DNA of 64,000 nt. Source: Candidatus Parcubacteria bacterium. GTDB lineage: Bacteria; Patescibacteriota; Patescibacteriia; UBA1558; GWA2-36-10. Below are positions 59,308 through 64,000 of this stretch, piece by piece (the stretch's first letter is position 1; every line of letters starts with the position of its first letter). A program made the translations under genes and the position numbers. Below the pieces are notes generated by a model. It saw nothing but the letters and a program-made list of their open reading frames with translations. It was not told where the DNA came from and made no database searches. Location: contig JABJNO010000025.1 in the NCBI GenBank assembly GCA_018664825.1, positions 3,022 to 67,021 of the forward strand, given 5' to 3'.

Positions 59308-61152
59308 ATGTTGAAAAAAATTAATAGTTGGCATTTGTCAGTTTTGGTACTTGTAGCTTCTGTGCTGGGTTTGGTCCTAGTACAACAACAAGTATTGGCA
59401 CAATGGCAAAATCCTACTGATACACCAGGACAAGCTGGTGACAGTAGTCTAGTTTTAAATCCTTTAGTTGAAGATGTTGACCTTAGTGGTTCAAAATTTA
59501 CAGATAGCGCAAACGCTACTTTTGTACTTGAGCCAGGTGGTGTGACGGGTATGAATATTACGGGTACCGGCTATGGCATCAATGCCACAGGCGCTACTTA
59601 TGCAGGTTATTTCAATGGTGATATGCATGTTACCGGAGACCTTACTGTCGATGGATCTAGTCCAGGCGGCGCAGGTGGAGGCTTTTGGTTAGAAAGTCCT
59701 ACTGATCCTGGTGATATCTATTATGATGGTGGATATGTGGGTATTGGTACTTCAGATCCCGCTGCACCCCTACATATAATTAAGAGCGGTAGTCAGCTAA
59801 AAGTTACACCTGATTATATCTGGCACTTAAGTAATTCACGTTTCAAAATATCATCAGGCGGAGACGTGTCAATCAGGCCAGACAATAGTGAGTCTGCTTC
59901 ATCTACTTTTTCAGAGCTTGGTAGGCTTGGTATTCGTGTTGAAGACCCTGGCTATCCACTACATGTAAGAGATGATGATTCAACCTCAATATTGAATATA
60001 GATAACCAAGATGGTCATCTTTGGACAGGCACTCGTTTGGAAAGGGATGATCAAGAAAAATGGTTTATTGGTATGGACAATACTACTGATACTTTAAACT
60101 TTAGAGCTAATAATGCTACCAATACCGTATCAATCAATATTGATTCTAATGAAGCAGAATTGACTTTAGAATCTTATGAAAGATCATTTATAAATCTTCT
60201 TGTTTCAGATCCATGGGTTACTACTATTGATAATGTAGGTATTGATTTTACACGTAATAATTGGGCAACAGATCAATATACTGATTATAGGATGCTTGTA
60301 AACAACGGAGACTTTATTCTCAATTCATACTATCAAGATGTTTATAATCCTGTTCCCGCTATTGTTGGTACACCTTTGTTTATCCGAGATATTGGTTTGG
60401 GTACTGGTGGAAATTCTGTGGCTGGGTATATGGGTATCAACAAGACTGATCCTTCAGCACAATTGCATGTTTATGATGATGAGGCTGCTTCAGTTAGTGC
60501 AGACGGAGGAATAGCTATCTTAGGAAACAATGACAATGCCAGTGGTGGTGTCGGTGTGATTGGCTTGCAGACAAATGGCTCTGGAATCCCCAACGCAATT
60601 GGTGCACTGGGTATGAGTGGGCCAAATGGTTTTTCTAGTGGTAACTTAGATATTGGTGTTTTTGGCGCTGTTACCAATGATACAGCTTTAGGTGTTTATG
60701 GTTATAATAATTCTACTCCTGGCGGTGGCGGAGACTACACAGACAAAAGTGTCGGTGTACTTGGCCAAGGTCATTGGGCGGTAGTTGGTGATAGTACTAC
60801 TTCAAATGGACGTGGTGTTTATGCTGAGGGTTATTATGGTGTAAAAGCAAGGTCTACCGTGGCTGGTGGTTATGCTATCTACGGCGAAGAAGGTAGTGGT
60901 GACTATGCTGGTAAGTTTGTTGGTGATGTTTGGGTAGCCAGTGGTGGTGATCTAAAAATAGATGACTCCAATGCTAACACCCCTGCCTATCTTAGGCTTG
61001 ATGTCACAAGTACTGTTCCAAATAGCGTTGATTGTGATTCTGATGTTGATGAACCTGGTAGGATGGTATTTGATAATACTGCTAATGTTATATACATATG
61101 TACAGGTAATACTACTGGTTGGCAGGCCCTTTTCCCCAATACTGTGAAATAG
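59308..61152 (+). CDS. Exported fibre/adhesin-like protein with an N-terminus paralogous to 57155
   Basis: MLKKINSWHLS..AQW, VGIGTSDP..LH repeats, GVYG/GVFG beta-helix-like repeats, C-terminal GRMVFD...YIC..GW. Confidence 0.8.
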   Translation: MLKKINSWHLSVLVLVASVLGLVLVQQQVLAQWQNPTDTPGQAGDSSLVLNPLVEDVDLSGSKFTDSANATFVLEPGGVTGMNITGTGYGINATGATYAGYFNGDMHVTGDLTVDGSSPGGAGGGFWLESPTDPGDIYYDGGYVGIGTSDPAAPLHIIKSGSQLKVTPDYIWHLSNSRFKISSGGDVSIRPDNSESASSTFSELGRLGIRVEDPGYPLHVRDDDSTSILNIDNQDGHLWTGTRLERDDQEKWFIGMDNTTDTLNFRANNATNTVSINIDSNEAELTLESYERSFINLLVSDPWVTTIDNVGIDFTRNNWATDQYTDYRMLVNNGDFILNSYYQDVYNPVPAIVGTPLFIRDIGLGTGGNSVAGYMGINKTDPSAQLHVYDDEAASVSADGGIAILGNNDNASGGVGVIGLQTNGSGIPNAIGALGMSGPNGFSSGNLDIGVFGAVTNDTALGVYGYNNSTPGGGGDYTDKSVGVLGQGHWAVVGDSTTSNGRGVYAEGYYGVKARSTVAGGYAIYGEEGSGDYAGKFVGDVWVASGGDLKIDDSNANTPAYLRLDVTSTVPNSVDCDSDVDEPGRMVFDNTANVIYICTGNTTGWQALFPNTVK

Positions 61153-61190
61153 AATAGTTTTTAATAAATTTTTAAGACCCTAAAATATAA

Positions 61191-64000
61191 ATGAAAAAAG
61201 TTTTTCACTTTCATTTTTATAGTCGTATTGCTATTATGGCTGTTTTGGCTTTAGTGGTCTTTTTTTTACAATACTCAGCAAATATCGAGGCTCAGCAAAT
61301 ACCAAATAGTGTTCGATTGGCCGGCTGGGCTTGGTCAGATCAAGTTGGTTGGGTGAGTCTTAATTGTCGAAATGATTTTGATGGAGATGGTTTGATAGAA
61401 AATACCTGTGCTAGTGGGGGAGGAGTAGATTATTGGCTTGAAGTAGTTGATGTAAGTGGTGAATACCATGTCCAGGGTTGTGCTTGGGCGGGTGTTTCAG
61501 TAGATGGAAATCCTGGAAATGTTTTGGGCTGGATATGTTTCAATGACTGGAATGGAGCAGATACTCAAGCTCCTACAAATGGTATTAGAATAAACGATGA
61601 CATTGTAAATTCTCTTTGCTTTGATACTGCTGGTGGAGTTTGCAATACAAGTAATAGCTTTGCCTCAATAGCCAATCAAGAAGGTCAGTGTAATTCAGGG
61701 CCTTTTGAAGGAGACCCTTGCAACATAGATGCAGATTGTGGGGGAGCAGCAGGAAGTTGTGTGATACAACCCGATGCTTGGAAACTAGGATTTAATATTC
61801 AAGACCCAGTACCTGTCATAGACCCTGATTATCCTTCGGATAGCAATCCGTTAGAGGGTTGTTTTAATTGTCATATAGATAGGATAGCAGAGTGTACGGA
61901 CAATAGTGCTATAGATTGTTCGCTTGATGATGCCCTGTGTGACGTAGACGAGCTACGATGTGCTGGTAATACCAATGTATCTTGTACTCTGGCCACAGAA
62001 AATGCCGATTGTTATAGTGCGGGTAATTATGACTGGAGACCTTGTCAGGAGACAACTATAAATTATGGTGCTTGTATCCAGACGGGGCAAGAAGAAAAAT
62101 GTGAAAATTGTTTGGAATATTTTTATTATGAAGAGGGTGACTCAGATTTATATACAAATGGTTATGAGCATAGACGAATTTTAACAATAGACAACAATTA
62201 TGTAGCAGGAGCTTCAAATTATAATAATTTCCCAGTTTTAGTTTCTTTGACTTTGGATGATTTGAGATACTTTACTTCAGCCGGAGATGTCACTAGTCCC
62301 AATGGCTATGATATCGTTTTTACTCAAAATGCAGATGGAACCGGTCAACTAGATCATGAAATAGAAGATTATAGCTCAACGACAGGGGCTATACGTATGT
62401 GGGTAAGGATTCCTACTCTAGTAGCAGCCTCAGATACTACTTTTTATATGTTTTATGGCAATAATGCTATCAACACCTCTCAAGAAATAGGTGATGTTTG
62501 GTCAGATGGATTTGAAGCTGTTTATCATCTGGGAGATAATCTAGATAGTACAGCAAATAGCAATGATGGTACCTGGAACGGAAGTTTACCAGATAATTCA
62601 CTTGGTGCAATAGGTGATGGGCAACATTTTGATGGAGTAGATGATTATTTATTGGTGCCACATCATGGTTCAATATCAGGATTACCAGCAGTCAGTCTGT
62701 CGGCTTGGATCAATGTAGGTGCTTGGTCAAACAATTTAGGAGACATCAATTTTTTGGCTGCAAAAAGTAATTGGAGTAGTCAACGAGAATATAGAATAAG
62801 GCATCAGGGAAGTACGGGGCAGGTTTATTGGCAGGTGAGTGATAACGGGACAAATGTTGCGGAGACCACAGTAGATGATTCAAGTATTTCAGTTGGTGAA
62901 TGGCATTATTTGACGGGTACATGGCAAACAGGTGCAGACAATCTTATTTTTTATTTGGACGGTGTAGCTGTGGATACAAGTACTCTAACTGTGGCTTCTT
63001 TATTTGGTGGATCAGCTGATTTTGCTATAGGTAGTTCTGCGGACGGTGGGTCACTTGATGATAGAGATGATTGGGATGGATATATAGACGAGGTAAGGGT
63101 TAGCTCAATTGTACGCAGTAGTGATTATATTGCTACCGAATTTAGCAACCAAAGATATCCGGGTAATTTTATGACCGTTGGACTTGATGATCCGCGAGCT
63201 ATCGGGGGCCTAAAATACGTGATTGGAGGATATAGTTGTGAGTTGTGTACTATTGAAGACACAAACAACAATTGTGGTACCAATCCATACAATCTCAATA
63301 TAAATAGATGTGAGGTTTGTAATGATGGTGTTTATTATACTCCTGGGTTGATGATAGATCACAAATACAACAATATAGATTCAATAGTCGATCAGGTTGC
63401 AGGAGGCTGTGATATCAATCAAACAGATCCAGATATGGATGATTATTGCGAGGTTGGTTATATGTGTGGCTGGGGTTGGAATGCCTGGCAAGATGCAGGC
63501 GTAACGCAGGGATTGGGTTGGTTTCAGTTTGGAGCTAGGATAAATACCAGTACTAGGCCGTATTTTACAGCTGATAAGGGTAGTATATATTCTAGAGGTA
63601 GTGTTTTTAGCCGTTATAACGCTCCTTTTGGGAGGTACAACGCTAGTTATCTTATAGAATCTGGCGGCACTATTACCAATATAGTGAGCTCAACTACTTT
63701 GGCTGATTTATATCAAGGTGAGCTAGCCAACAGGCCTTTGCTAGATTTTTTCAATATAAAATCCAATAATAAATATACCAATGCCCTAGGTACTATAGAT
63801 TACCTGGGATTGACCAAGGTTTCTGAACAGATTTTGGGTACCGATTATAATAAATATAACTCAGAAATAATTACTAACCCAATATCACTAACGCTATCAG
63901 CCCCTATGGATGGAAAAGTGATATATTTTGATGACACTTATGGAAACGTAACTATAGATGCTTATGTAGAAGTACCTGTTGGTATTGACTCGGGAGCGTC
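61191..64000 (+). CDS. Large exported Cys-rich protein with DUF2341-like and LamG/ConA domains; truncated at the window end
   Basis: Manual translation from ATG 61191: signal peptide, GWAWSDQVGWVSLNC, NFPVLVSL..LDHEIE..MWVRIP..FYGN, WHYLTGTW..FYLDG..WDGYIDEVRVS; no stop seen in the parts translated. Confidence 0.8.
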   Translation, partial: MKKVFHFHFYSRIAIMAVLALVVFFLQYSANIEAQQIPNSVRLAGWAWSDQVGWVSLNCRNDFDGDGLIENTCASGGGVDYWLEVVDVSGEYHVQGCAWAGVSVDGNPGNVLGWICFNDWNGADTQAPTNGIRINDDIVNSLCFDTAGGVCNTSNSFASIANQEGQCNSGPFEGDPCNIDADCGGAAGSCVIQPDAWKLGFNIQDPVPVIDPDYPSDSNPLEGCFNCHIDRIAECTDNSAIDCSLDDALCDVDELRCAGNTNVSCTLATENADCYSAGNYDWRPCQETTINYGACIQTGQEEKCENCLEYFYYEEGDSDLYTNGYEHRRILTIDNNYVAGASNYNNFPVLVSLTLDDLRYFTSAGDVTSPNGYDIVFTQNADGTGQLDHEIEDYSSTTGAIRMWVRIPTLVAASDTTFYMFYGNNAINTSQEIGDVWSDGFEAVYHLGDNLDSTANSNDGTWNGSLPDNSLGAIGDGQHFDGVDDYLLVPHHGSISGLPAVSLSAWINVGAWSNNLGDINFLAAKSNWSSQREYRIRHQGSTGQVYWQVSDNGTNVAETTVDDSSISVGEWHYLTGTWQTGADNLIFYLDGVAVDTSTLTVASLFGGSADFAIGSSADGGSLDDRDDWDGYIDEVRVSSIVRSSDYIATEFSNQRYPGNFMTVGLDDPRAIGGLKYVIGGYSCELCTIEDTNNNCGTNPYNLNINRCEVCNDGVYYTPGLMIDHKYNNIDSIVDQVAGGCDINQTDPDMDDYCEVGYMCGWGWNAWQDAGVTQGLGWFQFGARINTSTRPYFTADKGSIYSRGSVFSRYNAPFGRYNASYLIESGGTITNIVSSTTLADLYQGELANRPLLDFFNIKSNNKYTNALGTIDYLGLTKVSEQILGTDYNKYNSEIITNPISLTLSAPMDGKVIYFDDTYGNVTIDAYVEVPVGIDSGA

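Noticed and set aside
57155-64000. Prophage tail-fibre region
   Set aside because: The proteins have signal peptides and no capsid, terminase, portal or integrase genes are present

Overview
AT-rich bacterial chromosome segment, genetic code 11. The gene repertoire and near absence of Shine-Dalgarno motifs point to Patescibacteria/CPR (Parcubacteria-like); this is an inference. Housekeeping genes are leuS (with an inserted Nudix domain), tsaC/sua5, rsmA, rpsF-ssb-rpsR-efp, recG, thrS (with a T-box leader), clpC-like, htpX, lemA, comF and three tRNAs, one of them a rare tRNA-Arg(GCG). Interleaved with these is a large envelope/secretion locus: PrgI-, VirB4-, VirB6- and pilin-like T4SS genes, a 2940-aa Cys-rich surface protein, Ca-binding DxDxDG proteins, a DsbA fusion and three adhesin-like genes at the right end. 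The most interesting elements are: (1) a REP-associated tyrosine transposase with seven 13-bp palindromes, one inside its own CDS and two forming the efp terminator; (2) a structured ~110-180 bp repeat family that follows CCGCCA ends and brackets the thrS locus; (3) a tRNA-adjacent minus-strand cassette of two paralogous helical microproteins, a coiled-coil/HD-domain protein and a stop-interrupted helical ORF; (4) a T-box with an apparently truncated Stem I.
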